From: Protoeuglena noctilucae
Taxonomy: Eukaryota
Direction of reading: 5' to 3'
Length of the DNA stretch: 64,000 nucleotides
NCBI GenBank assembly: GCA_958009085.1
Contig: OY253685.1
Coordinates: forward strand, 124,001 to 188,000
Part shown: piece by piece, positions 1 through 12,900 of the stretch
Numbering within the stretch: position 1 is the stretch's first letter
How the letters are laid out: every line of letters starts with the position of its first letter
The notes under the pieces: generated by a model
Database searches by the model: none
What the model was told of the DNA's origin: nothing
What the model saw: only the letters and a program-made list of their open reading frames with translations
Made by a program: the position numbers and the translations under genes

Positions 1-110
1 CTGCGAAGCCTGTATTGGGCTCATAATCATCTCACCCTCTCCGCCATCGCGGGTGTCGACAGGGCGCGCCGTTGTTGCCTATTCCTGCCCAAGCGCTGCG
101 GCCTCCGCAG

Positions 111-2436
111 ATGCCTACCTCGCCGTCGCGGAGGAGACGGTCAAGGCGGCCCACGATGCGGTCCGGACGTACCTGGTGGAGACCTTCCGGGCCAGGAAGG
201 GCGCTACGCTCCGGGGGCTCGTGACCGTGTCCTGGGTCCAGGACGGCGCGTCGAGGGCGCTGCGGCCCGCGCTCGAAGTGGACCCCGCCTTCCTCCGGCA
301 GCATGGCCTCACGCAGCTCAACCCTCAGTCGAGAGGTGCGCTGCGCCCCTGGCAGGCATGTTGCCCACTACGCAGCTGTGAGCCCGGCCTGCCCATGCTT
401 CGCGCCCTTATGCGATGCGCCCGCAGGGGCCGTCGGCAGGGAGAAGCGGCAGGTGGAGGAGAACCCGACGGCCAAGATCGCCCTCAAGTTCGCACGGGGC
501 CTGAGCCGTGACGACATCGCGACCATCCTCAAGTTCCTCGCAGCAGCCTTTGGCGCAGCCGCCGCACGGGGGGCTGCGGAACTGGACCTGGGGATCGGGA
601 AGCTGGTCGCACGGTCGCGGGCGCTGGACATGCACTTCGGCCCCGAGTTTGCGCGGGGGGGCGGTGCGCCCGTGCGGGCGCCCGACCAGGCGCACGCTGG
701 TGCGAGGGGCGTCGGCGCCGAGTCCCCGGCGCCACGTGGACCGGGCGCGGGGGACATGAGGCGCGGGGAGGCGGGGCCAGGGGCGTCTGCCACGGCTAGG
801 AACGGCGAGGACGCCTCGCACAAGCGGGTCGCCAGGACGGCGATGGTGATGGGCGGCGCGGTGCAGAACGGGCGCCGGGCGCAGGCGGCTGGGGCGGTTG
901 CGGTAGGGGCGCGCGCGGTGGCCGCCCCGGCCGAGCTGCACCTCCAGGGCAGAGCGGCGCGCGCGGCCCGGAGTGGTCTGCGGTCAGACGACTGGGCCGC
1001 TGAGCTGGCGGAGGCGCGGCCGAGGTGACTTAAGGGCACAGCCGGGTCTTAGCATATCTCGATTGGCACCGGCGCATGCGCACGCACTCAGCATGAGACC
1101 CCCATGGCGCCGCTGCCATACAGGGACGCGGAGGTGGCCGAGGCACCTCTGCCCGCAAAGGGGGCGATGGACTCGGTTGGGAAGTTGATGGAGAGGCTGG
1201 GAGACCCTTTCGCGGACGACCGGCCAGCGCGGCGCGTGGCGCCCGAGCCGGACGGCCGAGTTACATCCCTGCCCGGGCTTGCTGACGACAACAACCAGGG
1301 CGAGGTGTACGCCTTCTACCGGCGAGGAATGGGGGCTGACTTGCTCCAGGTGACGACGCCGGGGTCAGCTTAATACGCCATGGTGACCTGCGATGGTCTC
1401 TTGATGGAACGGTGACTTCTGCCTTGTCCGCAGAAGCGAGGGAAGAAGCAGTTCGGGATCTCCACGCACTCAGGGGACCAGGCAGCGAAGGGGATGCGGA
1501 TGGACCAGGGAGAGGCCACGGTCCTGTACTACCAAGGTGCAGTCTCGTCTCGCTCTGTTGGGCCCACGCGCTCGGATCAGGCCGCGCAAGCACGGGGATG
1601 CATGACAGTCCTGGGCTCGAAAGCAGCCTTCATTGACATCTTCCGTAGGCAAGAAGCCCCTCATGGTCGCGAACCGGAGCTTCCAGCGCAAGGTCAATGG
1701 GTTCGGCCAGGGCAACATTGTGTTGGACGACGCGGCGCGCAGGATCCAGGAGGAGAGGTGAGGGGCGAGAGGCGCGGGAAGGGCGGTAAGGATAAGCGAG
1801 GAGTTGACTGACCGCGGCCCGGCGCGCTTCTTGCGCAGGGATGCGGTGCTGCGTGAGGAGAAGGCCAAGGAGGAGGAGATGGAGCGCAGGCGGCTGATGC
1901 TGAACGCGGACGCGCAGGACTTGGTGGCGAAGAAGAAGGACCAGGAGCGTCGCGTGCTGCAGGAGCTCAAGGGGCTGGCGGAGGCCCGGACCAACCAGAC
2001 CCGCCGGGAGCGCCAGGCGGACGTGCAGCGCGCGCGGGAGGCGCGGTTCGGGCCGTCGGTCCCCATGCTTCGCGACGAGATGGAGGAGGAGCAAGCCAGG
2101 TGACCTGCCGTGCGGGCATTGCTCAAGACAAGAAAGGGTGGCATTCCTGGGGGGCCTGCTTGGCAGCGTAAGCTTCGTTGCAACCGCAGGCAGGATCGTG
2201 TGCGGCAGTACCGACAGGAGCTGGAGGAGGAGATCCGGAGGAAGCACCAGGAGAGCAAGGAGTCGCGCAAGCAGAGGATCGAGGCGGACCGGGCGGCGTT
2301 GAACGACGCGCAGGGGGCGCTTGTGGTCGGGGTGATCAGGTCGCGGCAGGAGGAGCGGGAGCGCCAGGAGCTCGAGGAAGCGACGCTGTCCACGCAGGCG
2401 CTGCAGCGGAAGACGGGGGCAGCTGGAGGGAGTTGA
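111..2436 (+). CDS. CCDC81-like coiled-coil protein with N-terminal HU-like domains (5' end probably outside the window); multi-exon
   Basis: Frame-consistent exons 111-335, 427-1024, 1124-1349, 1434-1536, 1649-1757, 1839-2099, 2190-2436, with GT donors at all six visible junctions. Segments 'AHDAVRTYLVETFRARKGATLRGLVTVSW' and 'LSRDDIATILKFL...ELDLGIGKL' resemble CCDC81 HU-like domains. The C-terminus is an E/R/K/Q coiled coil. Confidence 0.6.
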
Positions 2437-2599
2437 CAGCGCCAGTCTCCAGACTGGCATGCCGTGTACTTTGCCCGCCTGCAGCCTGCAGCGGCCGGGA
2501 ACCTGTTACGATGTTTGAAACTCGACCTTGAAGCGTACTGCACCGCGTGGATCGGCTGCGGCGCTTGAACGCGGGTGCACCAGCACTGCGAGGGAGGCG

Positions 2600-3314
2600 A
2601 TGGAGGGGACGGGTGGCGCGGGCCGCACCGCGGTCGCTGCAAGCGGGAGCGCCGAAGATTTTGAGGAGCAACACATCGAGCTGCGCCACCTGAGTACGGC
2701 TGCGGCGGCGAGGGAGCCCGACAAATGGCCGCGCACGCGCCTTTTCCAAAACTAGCCCAATCCCTCCTTGCCTCGCATGCGACGAGGTCACGCGAGCGTT
2801 CCAGACGACCAAGAAGCTGCAGCACGAGAACAGGGAGCTGCTCGGTCGCAAAAATGCGCTCGAACTCAACGGCGTCATGCATCGCGCAAAGGAGCTCCGT
2901 GCGGCCATCGCAGAGCTCGAGGAGAGGTGGGATGCCATAGGCGTGGCTTCAATAACCACGAGACACCTGCTGCGCACTTGACAGAGCGCGTTTGATGTGC
3001 CGCTGTGGCCTCAGGTCGGAGCATCTCGAAGGTACGCTGACGAAGGCCCTCCAGAGCGAGTACAACAACTTGTATCGAGAGCGCGGCGCCATCATCGACC
3101 AGCTGCGGCAGATGAAAGTCGACGCGGCGGAGAAGCACAGGGCAAGCGGCACGCACAGCCACGACGATGCTGGCAGCCGATGGACGACACGCTGCGCCTT
3201 GCGAGCCAGCAACTTCAAGCCTGAAGTTTCCTCTCCTTCCGCATTCAGGAAATCAGCGAGCAAATGGAACGCGCCTACGCCAGGCGAGTCGCCGAGGGAG
3301 CGGCGGAGGCGTGA
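2600..3314 (+). CDS. Small coiled-coil protein of unknown function (4 exons)
   Basis: Exons 2600-2707, 2805-2926, 3015-3141, 3249-3314 join in frame (MEGTGG...LRHLSTAAA/TTKKLQHENRELL...ELEER/SEHLEG...EKHR/EISEQMERAYARRVAEGAAEA*). The model needs GC donors at 2708 and 3142. Confidence 0.6.
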
Positions 3315-3325
3315 GCCGGGCGCGC

Positions 3326-6096
3326 CTAGTTGTCCGGAAGCGCCGTGCCCCTCTCCAGGTTCGCCTTGGTCTCCTTGGAATACTCCCCGTACGCCCGATC
3401 GAGGCGCGAGTTGAACTTGTCGTTGCGCCAGTTGATGGCGTCGACGTCGCGGCCCTCGCGGTGGGCGCGGTGGCGGTGGAAGACATCCCTGCGGCACAGG
3501 CAACGACGACTGACTGTGTATGAACAACGATCGATGGAGTAGGAGGGAAAGCGGCTGCGAAACTGCCAAGGCATGATGGAGCTGGGGGCAGCCTGCTGTG
3601 TGTGGCCTGTCGGACCCACGCGATGGCCGAGGTCCATGCCAAGCGCTTCAGCGGAAAAACTGCATCCGATGGCTCCCATCCCAATCCACCCTCCTCGCCT
3701 CTTCTTGTTCTGCGCGTCGAGCTCTGCCACCATGCGGTCGATGTTGGCCTCGGCCGTGGCGCTCGACCGCGCCTGCAGGGAGTCCTTCCCCGCGAAGAAG
3801 TGCGGGTCGCTGGCCTTGGCCCTCTCGTAATCCTCCTGCGAATGTGATGGCGCAGGTGGGAGGTCGGGCTGGCCAACACGCCAAGCAGGGTGCCGATACG
3901 CACATGCGTGAGAAGTGGAGCCTCAGGCGAAGGACTCTCCACATATATGCCTCGCGATCCGCATAGTTTAATCTGCATAGTTTAAGTTGCATAGTATCAT
4001 CGATTACTTGCCTTGGTATAGGGAATCCCCTGCACGCGCTTCTCGTACGCCCCCGCCACCCGCTGCACGCTGACCGACTCGAGGCCCTCCACGGCCGCCA
4101 GCTGCGAGGAGACGGGGCGAGTGACGGTGTCGGAACACAGCAAAGCTCGCCGGGCGCAATAATGTCCATTTAGCATGATGCAGACATGCTTCCCATGCAT
4201 GTCAGCGATGAGTGCATGAGTACATGTGACATCCACTCGACCGTCAACAACTCAGCCAACACGACACCTGGTTTGTGGCAACCTGGCAAACCAGTGAAGC
4301 CCACCACAAACTCTAGTCACCTTGGGTTTCTTGTTGGCCATGGCCTCCGCCAACTCCGCGGGCACCAGCCGAATCTCCTGCTCCTCCGACAGACCGTACG
4401 CCTTCAGTTCTCTCTCCTTCCGCTTCTGCTTCTCCAAGTGCCACTGGTATTTGGCGTCCTGCTCCACCTTCTCCTTGTCCGCCATGCGCTGCGGGGGACC
4501 ACGGCAGGCGATGTGTTATACGCAAGGCAGTCTGGTAAGGCCGCCGATACGACGCGAAAGCCATGCCCCGACTTATGAAGCACACTTGCTCAACAGATGC
4601 GCTAGCTTCTGCACCCGCCACTGCCTCACCTCAGCTGCGTCATAGTAGTACTATCCATCCATCAACATGCCCAATGCGCTTCCTCCCTCACCGCGTTGCG
4701 CCGGTGCTCGTCCACCACCGCCTTTTGATTGGCCTTGCGCGACAGCTGGGCCTTCTTGCGCAGCTCAGCCAGCTTCCGCTCCCGTGCGCTCATGCCCTCG
4801 TAAGGGTCTCTGCCCGACCCGCCCTCCTCCCCGTCGCCCTCCTGCCCCTCCCCTGCACCGTCCTCTGCCGCCCCCCGCCCGGCATCCACCCCACGCTCGC
4901 TCTCACCCTCCCTCGGCCCCGCCTCCGCCGCCGCTGCCGGCGCCTTCGCCTGCATTGGCGTGACGTGAGAAGGATCCCCCTCAGCAACAGACCAGGTGCC
5001 CACTGCATGCTTGTAAGCGTACCTTGCCACCATCACACAGCCCTCTACGCACCCGTCCCTCTCATCTGACTTCCCATATCACTCACCTGCCCCTCCAGCT
5101 CCTCCAGCTCCTCCTGTGCCGTCTTGGCGCCCTCGACGCGCTTCATCGGCTGCGACAATGCGCCCCCCGGCACCACCGCATACCCGGCCAGGCGAGCCGC
5201 GCGCTGCTTGGACAACTCGTCCACATTCAGCCCGATCGGGTCACTCCTGGGACATGGAAAACGACGACCGGGCTGTGGACTGTCAGTCGCAGTTATTGGA
5301 TACAGGCACAGCATACCTCATGGAGACATGCAACACAGCAAATGCCCCGTGTCGATGTCAGCTGCGTCATGCACCTGAATTTGTCTTCCTCCTCAATCTC
5401 CCGCAGCCTCTTCTCCACAAGCATCTTAGCGCGGCTGGGGAGCTCCCCGCAGTCCGACACGACCACCCTCTGCGAGGGTTTCCCCGACTTTGTGCCCACC
5501 GCCTCCATGCGCCGCACCACCGCCATGCCCTCCTCCACCCGCCCGAACACGACGTGCTTGTCGTTCAGCCAGGGGGCCTCGGCGGTCGTGATGAAGAACT
5601 GGCTGTTGTTGGTGTGAGGGCCCGCGTTGGCCATCGACAACAGGCCCGCCACGTCATGGCGCAGCGAGAAGTTCTCGTCGGGGAAGCGCGCGCCGTAAAT
5701 GCTCTCGCCGCCCGTGCCGTCCCCGTGCGTGATGTCGCCGCCCTGACACATGAACTTAGGAATGATGCGATGGAACACGCTGCCCTTAAAGTGCAGGGGC
5801 TTGCCCGCCCGGGTCTTCCGCTCGCCCGTGCAGAGCGCCCTGCGGAGACGGCGAGCAAGAAGCGCATCGCGCCTCCGCGGGGCGCACGATCGCGGGAAGG
5901 GCCGCGCGGGAGCGGGGCGCGTGCCGGCGCAGCGGACGCAGACTCGCCGGAAGTTCTCTGCGGTCTTCGGGCAGACGTCCTTGCGCAGCTCCATCACGAT
6001 CCTGCCAGCATCGCTGCCCCCGATCGAGATGTCGAAGAAGACGCGGGGGTTGTCGAGCGTCGCGTCGCCGACCGCGCTCCTCAACTCCTGGTCCAT
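3326..6096 (-). CDS. Cyclophilin-type peptidyl-prolyl isomerase fused to a C-terminal SYF2 splicing-factor domain (8 exons)
   Basis: Cyclophilin motifs: [66 protein letters not shown]. Spliced in frame (introns 5840-5947, 5247-5374, 4950-5086, 4489-4691, 4102-4320, 3836-4011, 3489-3698) to the SYF2 signature '[37 protein letters not shown]'. Confidence 0.88.
3960..3996. repeat. Short 14-bp-period tandem repeat (gcatagtttaa core, about 2.5 copies) in an intron
   Basis: gcatagtttaatct gcatagtttaagtt gcatagtat, inside intron 3836-4011. Confidence 0.8.
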
Positions 6097-6468
6097 GGCC
6101 GCGACCCTGACCTGCTGCCGCCGTGCCCGACAGGGCAAGCGCACGGGTTGCACGAGAACTGTCCTGCGCAGGCACTCCCGACCGCACTCGCTGCGCGAGA
6201 CAGGAGAACAATGAGCACAAAGTCTGAGGGCGGCAACCAGACCTAAATGGCAAGATTCTACGAACGCAGAGCCTGACAAGCCCACTAGCGATTTCTGACA
6301 ACCGTGGTGGTTGTACGGACGCAGTAAGAGCGCGGGAGGACTGCTGCCAGGGCGTCGGAAACCTGCGGCACTGACGCCGACGAGGGTGAACCGGGCGACG
6401 GGAACAGAGGATCCGCCAGTTCATGTGCCCATTCCCATACTCTCCCTTGACTTCTCCCACCGGGTACC

Positions 6469-7440
6469 ATGTCAGCGGCGTTGGTGCGCATTCCGACGCG
6501 ATGCGTCGCCCGTGGCCCCTTGCCTGACGCGGCGGGCCCGGGGCCCAAGAGCCTGCGCGCCGTGAACCTGGCGGGCGCATCTATCAGCGTGTCCTTGCAG
6601 AGCACGGCTGCGCTGGCGGCGTCCCAGTCTCCATCGACCGAGGAGCTGCAAGGCGTGTTCCCTGGCCCAGCACAGTCTCGCGCCGTGCGCCGCACTCAGG
6701 CTGTCCTTTGCTCCTCTGACGGTCTCAATGCGTGAAACCGTTTGTCAGCATTGCGGTCGACTGTTCCACGCCTCCGCAGGGGTAGATAGGGACGCGTGGG
6801 AGGCGAGCGTGGAGGCGGTCTCGAGCCTGGGCGTCGACGACGCGCCCCGGTGAGCCAAGGGGGCGGGCGAGGATTAGATGATATATGAGATACATATTGA
6901 AAGCTTTGGTGGTGCCCAGAATACCCAGAGCGGAGTGAAGGAAGCGTGACATTGCAACCCTCGCAGGGCGCTGCGCCGCGCCTTTGGCTGGTCCGGGCGG
7001 GCGTACTGGCGCAAGGAGCGGGAGACTCCCGAGGTTCCCACGGCTGCGCGCGTGCGCGAGGTGGTCACGTATCTGGAGACTGAGCTGGGCATGTCGCAAG
7101 ATGAGGTCCGGAGCATGGTGGAAGAGTTCCCAGAGGTCCTCGGGTTGTCAGTGGAGGGGCGAATGAAGGCCAACGTGGCACAGCTGGAGAGTCAGTGGAA
7201 GATGTCGATCCCAGGTGCGTGCTGGCGAGGTAGTGCGGGGATGCAGTGGGTGGTCTCCCTGGGTAGGAGAGCTGTGGGGCACGAGGGGTGGCTGTGCATA
7301 GGCTGAGGGAGCGGCACCGTGCTGTATGCTTCGCAGTGATCAAGGGCGTGCTGTTGAGGAGGCCCGAGGTGCTCGGATACAACATTGACTGCCTGGGCGA
7401 CTGTGCGGGGGAGTGCAACCGATGCTGGGTGCGCTTTTGA
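6469..7440 (+). CDS. Small organelle-targeted mTERF-like protein with Cys-rich C-terminus (4 exons)
   Basis: Exons 6469-6652, 6780-6849, 6967-7214, 7337-7440. Transit-peptide-like N-terminus, AFGWSGRAYWR, mTERF-like repeats (MVEEFPEVLGLSVE; LLRRPEVLGYNI), and ending DCLGDCAGECNRCWVRF*. Confidence 0.7.
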
Positions 7441-7657
7441 TTACTATCCATGACATGTTCCGATCCGTACCTCGTGAGCGCGTCTCTTTTTCATAGCCCC
7501 CACCCCAGCGTGGGGTGGACGGCCTCGCTCTGTGCTTTATCACATTCGCTTCAATGCAACTGTGCAGTTTCGACGGCAGAGTGTCCTGTAGACGAATGGC
7601 CCGCGCCAGTCGCCCAGTCCATCATCTACAAGCTCTGCACAGGTCATGAAACTAGCT

Positions 7658-9709
7658 CTACCCGCCCCCCCGTGCCCTGTCCTCCAACACCCGCGTCCCC
7701 AGTCGCGCAAAGATGCCCCCCGGAGACGGCGCAGGAGCTACACCCGGCCCTGGGCTGGCCCCTCGCTGAGACAATGTCCCACTAGCTCCCACCTCATCCC
7801 TTTTGCTAGCTGCTACCCCATCCCTCTCAGCCTCGCCCCGACCTCTCTGCACGTCGCCACCGCCCCCCTCACGACTCTCCCGTTGCTGCCCAGCCCCCGA
7901 CCGATGCTCCCCGTTCGCTTGGCTGCGTTGGCCATCCCTGGACGCAGCCGCGTTATTCGGCCCCCGCTCTCCACCGGACTGCGACCCCTCACCCCCCGCT
8001 CTCCGACTCCCGCCCCCGTCGCCATCCCTGCCCCGCCTCCCGTGCGCATCTCTGCTCTGCTCCTTCTCGCGACTCCGGTGCCGCTTCCCCTCCCTCTCGC
8101 CGCTCCTCCGACCCTCATCTCTGCTACGATGCCGCCTGCCCTCCCTCTCCCTCTCCCGATGCTTCCCCTTATCGCTATCCCGTTCCCTATCTCTCTCCCT
8201 TTCTCGACTCCTGCTTCTGCTCCGCCGCTTGCTGCCACCCCTCTCGCGGCCACTGCCACCCCGGCTGCCGCTGCCGTCCCGGCGCTCACGGTCGCCCCTG
8301 TCACTCCCTCCGGCATGACCCCCGCCCCTCCCGACGTCCTCTCCCCCCTCTGCCGGTCTCGCCTCGCCCCCTGCCCGCCTCCCGAGCACCTCAGACACCA
8401 CCGCTTGGAACGCTCGCCCCGCTTCTGCCACCGCCGCCGGTGCCTCGTCACCAGCCGCCTTCTTCCCCCCACCCGCAGCGCCCGGGCCCTCCCCCTCCGC
8501 GTTCGCCTCCGCCAGCAGCGCGTCGGTGTCCACGCCCCGCTCCTTCAGCCGCTCCACGACTCGGTCCAAATACGCCCGGGCGTTTTTGTGCTCTGGATCG
8601 ACCTCCAATGCCTGGTGGAAGAAGAGAAGAGCCATGGCGTATGAAACAAAGCAAGAGAATGCGCTGGGGCCGGGCGGATGGGCGAGGCGCGGCGAGGCGC
8701 GATCACCAGGGCAAATCGACGGGCGGCGCGCTCGAGCTCTCCGCCGTTGGCCATCGCGGCTCCGACGGCCACGTGAGCGTCGGCATTGAGCGGATCCACG
8801 TCCAGCGCCTGACTGTAGCACCGCAGCGCCGCCGCAAAGTCCCCGGCGCGCGCGTGGGCGGTGCCGCGTCGCACTGCCTCGCTCGACCACTCCCGCGCGA
8901 CCGCCGCGCGGAGGTCCGCACGCAGCTGCTTCAGCGCTCGCGCGCGCTCCTCCTCCTGCAGTCAGGGAAGCGGAACGGACGGTCGCGGGCGACGTGCGAG
9001 CGGCGGGTGCAAGGCCCGGGCCAGCGTGCTGCCTGTTGCCTTGAATTTAGCGGTGCGCTCGCTGAGGCAGGAGCCCGCCAGGCCGGCCAGTGCGCTCTCC
9101 ACGCTGCGCCCGTACTCGTCCGCCATCGCGTCGAGGCTGTCCGGGCTGCGGAGAGAGGCGAGGGCGACGTTACGGGAGCAAGCGCCCCCGCCGCGTCGTG
9201 CGGGAACCTCAAATCCAGCCAACAATGTCGTCATCCAATGCGCATGGCAGCGAACGCTGCCATGACGCGCACCTCGCGAACATACGGTCAAACGGCAGCT
9301 CCTGGACCCAGGGCTGCGCTGGGGCGGCTGCGCTTGCGGCCCCATCGCCGGTGGATTCCCCACCCTGTGCGCTTGGCAATAGAACCCCTGCGAAGATAGG
9401 CGCAAAATCAGTCTGCAGAAGCTTTGCGGGACGCATGCGACAGTGGAGTGCGCCAGTGCAAAGGCAACACATCGCCGCACCCACGGCAAGCGGATCCCGC
9501 CGTTTCCCGCAACGTCTGACCAGCCACGAGGCACACATTCGCATGCACGTCTCACGTGCAAAGCCCCATCTCCTCGGCGGGATGCAGTGCGGCTCCTCGG
9601 GGTCCATCGACGCCAAGCCCGCCCGGTCCAACATCGCGGCGCACCTCTCGTAGGGCAGCTCCCGCAGGCAGCGGATGGCATCCTCGAGAGCGCTTCGAGC
9701 GTCCGCCAT
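7658..9709 (-). CDS. TPR protein with Arg/Ser/Glu-rich tail, TTC14-like
   Basis: TPR motifs 'GDFAAALRCYSQALDVDPLNADAHVAVGAAMAN' and 'ALEVDPEHKNARAYL', followed by an RS/RE low-complexity tail (RRSRSRSRERERDRERD). About 5 exons. Confidence 0.7.
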
Positions 9710-9932
9710 CCCTACAATACCCAGAAACCCAGCGGCATGGGCGCGGGATCTCTCTTTGAGGTCGGCAGATGGCTTCCTGTCCCTAACGACTGGCTATGGT
9801 TGCCGAACTCCAGCGCAATCGTTGCAGAGATGCCACGAGAGTATCAGGTCGCAAACCTTCAAGGCTCTAAGATGTCAGTGACACGGAAAACCCCTGAGAA
9901 CACGCAAGTTGGCGTCGCCAGTCCCCTAACCC

Positions 9933-12900
9933 TCAAGGCCCGAGCCCCCGCCGCCCCCCCGAGGCGACCAGCGGCTGCGTCTCGGCCACCCCAGCCGGAT
10001 GCGACACGCCGCTCGCGCCGTTGGACGTCGGGCCCATCCCCACCCCCTTCCCACTCGAGTGCTCGGGGATGCCGACCGCCCAGAGGCCCGCCTGGGTCCT
10101 TTCCAACGCATCCAGGCGCCCTGAGAGGGACATGGCATGCACGAACGCCGTCAGCGCAAGTTGCTATGATTAACTACGATGCAAAGGCACCTTCACCAGC
10201 GAAGCACCACCCCACTCGCGCACCCTCACATGCGGACACCGCGCCCCTCTATCGCACAGCCTGGCCCTCACCAGCAAAGAACCACCGGGGCGCGAGGTAC
10301 GTGGTGACGATGACGAGCGTGCTCAGCGTGCACCCGAGCAATGTCACGAGGAGGATGCACCGGGGGATGAGGCCGTCGACGCCCAACATGGGACTGGCAG
10401 CCACCGACAGCCCCGCCATGGTCGTGGTGGCCAGGGCGCCGAAGAGGGTCGGGAGGTAGGGGTGCCGGCCCACGAGCTGGGGAGGGAAGGAATGGGCGAT
10501 GCAGTGGGTGGTGGCAGCATGCATGCAGTGGTGTTTGCTTCGTTGTGTGCCGCAACTGCAGGACGCATCCACGGCGACGCCCCACCTGTCCACCCCTCAC
10601 CTGTCCATCTCACATCATGCCATGGCAGACCACCGCACACTGCTGCCACTCACCAGCGGCGCACTCATCTCCTTGTCCACGCGCGTGCACCGCAGCCCCA
10701 GTCGGTACATGACGTACAAGTAGCCGCCCACGGTGCTGCACGTGGCCAGGGAGAGCCACTCCCAGGCGAGGAACATGCCTAAGCTGGGCATGAGGGTGTT
10801 GGGCACCAGGTTCTGAGAGGGAAAGCGGGCATGAGGGCATAAGGTGAGAGGGCACGGTTGCATTGCCTGAGATGTGAGAAGGGGTGCATTGCGATGTACC
10901 ATGTGCGTTACTTGGTCAAGTGATCGACAGCGACGGCAGGTGCCCCCACACATGCTAAAAGCAACAGCATGCAACATCTCAGCACCGCAGCTCACCTTCA
11001 CGGCGAACGCGGCGGCGCCCGTGGCGAGGCCGCACGTGGCCACAGCCGACGCCTGCATGTACAGCGTGCCCATCCACCCCCCGCGGGGCTCGTGCAGCGG
11101 CTCCACCAGCGCTCGCACCACCCATGCCACGCCACCGGGCTGCCCGCGCCCCCCCGCGACCGGGGGTCGCTTCCTGTACTTGAGCTGTCCGGCCTGGGCG
11201 CGGCTGGCGCATCGCGTGCCCCAGAACGCGAGGAGGAAGGGGGTCGGGACCAGCACCCACCGCGCGAACGTGTCGATGAAGCCCTCGCCCCGGGGGTGGC
11301 CCGCGGGGTTCAACGGGAGGTTCTCTCTGCGAAAGTGGCTTGGTACGGGAGGTGAACGAGGGGTGTAGTTGGCAGAGACATGGTATGTGGGTGCTGCACC
11401 CAGGCAGTGCTCAGTGAGCAGGCAGTGACTGGCACGTCATTACCCACCGCCAGAGACTCACCGGAAGGCCACCCAGATGACCGAGGGGGTGATGAGATAG
11501 GGCGTCCAGTAGTCCCAAGGCTTGAAAGGGCCCAGGGTGTAGTGCAGCACGTGAACGGCGTCCTCGGCCATTTTGAACTTGTTGCCGTTGGTGGCAGCCA
11601 ATCCCATGTCAGCATTGTACCTGTGCGAGGGAATAGGACATGGATTAGAATGGCAGGCAACAGCGATGCGCCAACGCACATCCCCTTCCGCCTGCCCTGC
11701 ACTGGCGCTTGGCAACTGCAAACCCTCTCCCATGCATCCACACACCCCGTGCATCCACCCCTCCACACACAACACACACACAAACACACCCGCCCACACA
11801 ACCCCTCACCCCGTGTGCATGCGCATGACCCGGTGCCCCTTGAGCTGTTCGTTGTTCATGTTAGGGTCGAACATGGGCGACTCCAGAAAGTCGGAGAAGT
11901 ACACGTTCAGGAAGCCCTGGTCCCCGCCCGTGTAGGACGGCGTCGAGCTGATCTTGGCCAGCATGTCGGTGAGCACAGCACGGTCGGGGCGAAGGGCCAT
12001 CACGCCCGAATTGAACCGCTCCGAGTGCCGCATCACGACGCAGAGGTTCGGACAGCGGAAGAGGTGGTCCAGGTTGCGGACCACAATTGTGTCGGCGTCC
12101 AGGTAAATGACCTGGGGGAATGAGAGGAGAGTTGATGGGCAGTGGTGACCGGTGGGGCAACCGGTACTGGTGGTGACCCGTACTCTCATTATCGAGAGTA
12201 CAGGGTGGTGGTGGGGCGACTGGAGAACATCCACACCATGTCAAGATGAGCTAACAGAGCCAATAGTGTTCATGGCACGCCTGTCACCTTCTGATATTCC
12301 ACCAGGTCCCACATCATGAGCTTGGAGTACGCGCCGAAGAGGAACTTGGGGAACCCGCCCTCGGGGCGCTTGCCCGGATTGGCGATTAACGCGATGCGCT
12401 TGATGATCCAACCGTCCCCGCGGAGCGTGGCCTCGGCGGTGGGAGACACTGACTCGGTCAGGAGCGCCACCATGTCGCGATTGGTCCCCGACTCGCGGAT
12501 GCTCTGGCCGAGGACCCGGACGCCCAGCAGAAAGCCGTCACTGTACAGTAGCGTCGCGTACGCCTCCTCAGACTGGCGCATCTGCGGCGCGACGGCGTTG
12601 CGGGAGCCGGAAGGGCGGTAGCGCGCCGCGTAGTGCCCCGACGGCAGGGGGATGCCGTAGGCCGTGCCGCCTAGCGCACGCTTGGAAGGTACCGTCCGGC
12701 TCTCGCGCTCGTGGTCCAGGATTTCCGACAGCGGCTGCGGGGAGCGGGGCGGGCTCGTTTGAGCGCGTGGCCTGCATCCTGCCCCGGCGGGCCGCGGGGC
12801 GGTCGGGAGGCGCCGCGACCCACCTGATTGTACATGCTCGTCGAAGTGTCCTGCTCGGACAGTCTCCTCGCGAGCAGCCCTGCCTGCGACGGGGGAAAAA

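Noticed and set aside
1470..2882. Long antisense ORFs, such as the 470-aa ORF here and 27709-29232, 19594-20979 and 53005-54144
   Set aside because: They are shadows of GC-rich coding exons on the opposite strand or in another frame, with no motifs of their own.
4976..4985. Non-canonical GAG acceptors (here and near 2786)
   Set aside because: Better in-frame CAG acceptors with upstream branch-like motifs exist at 4950 and 2804.
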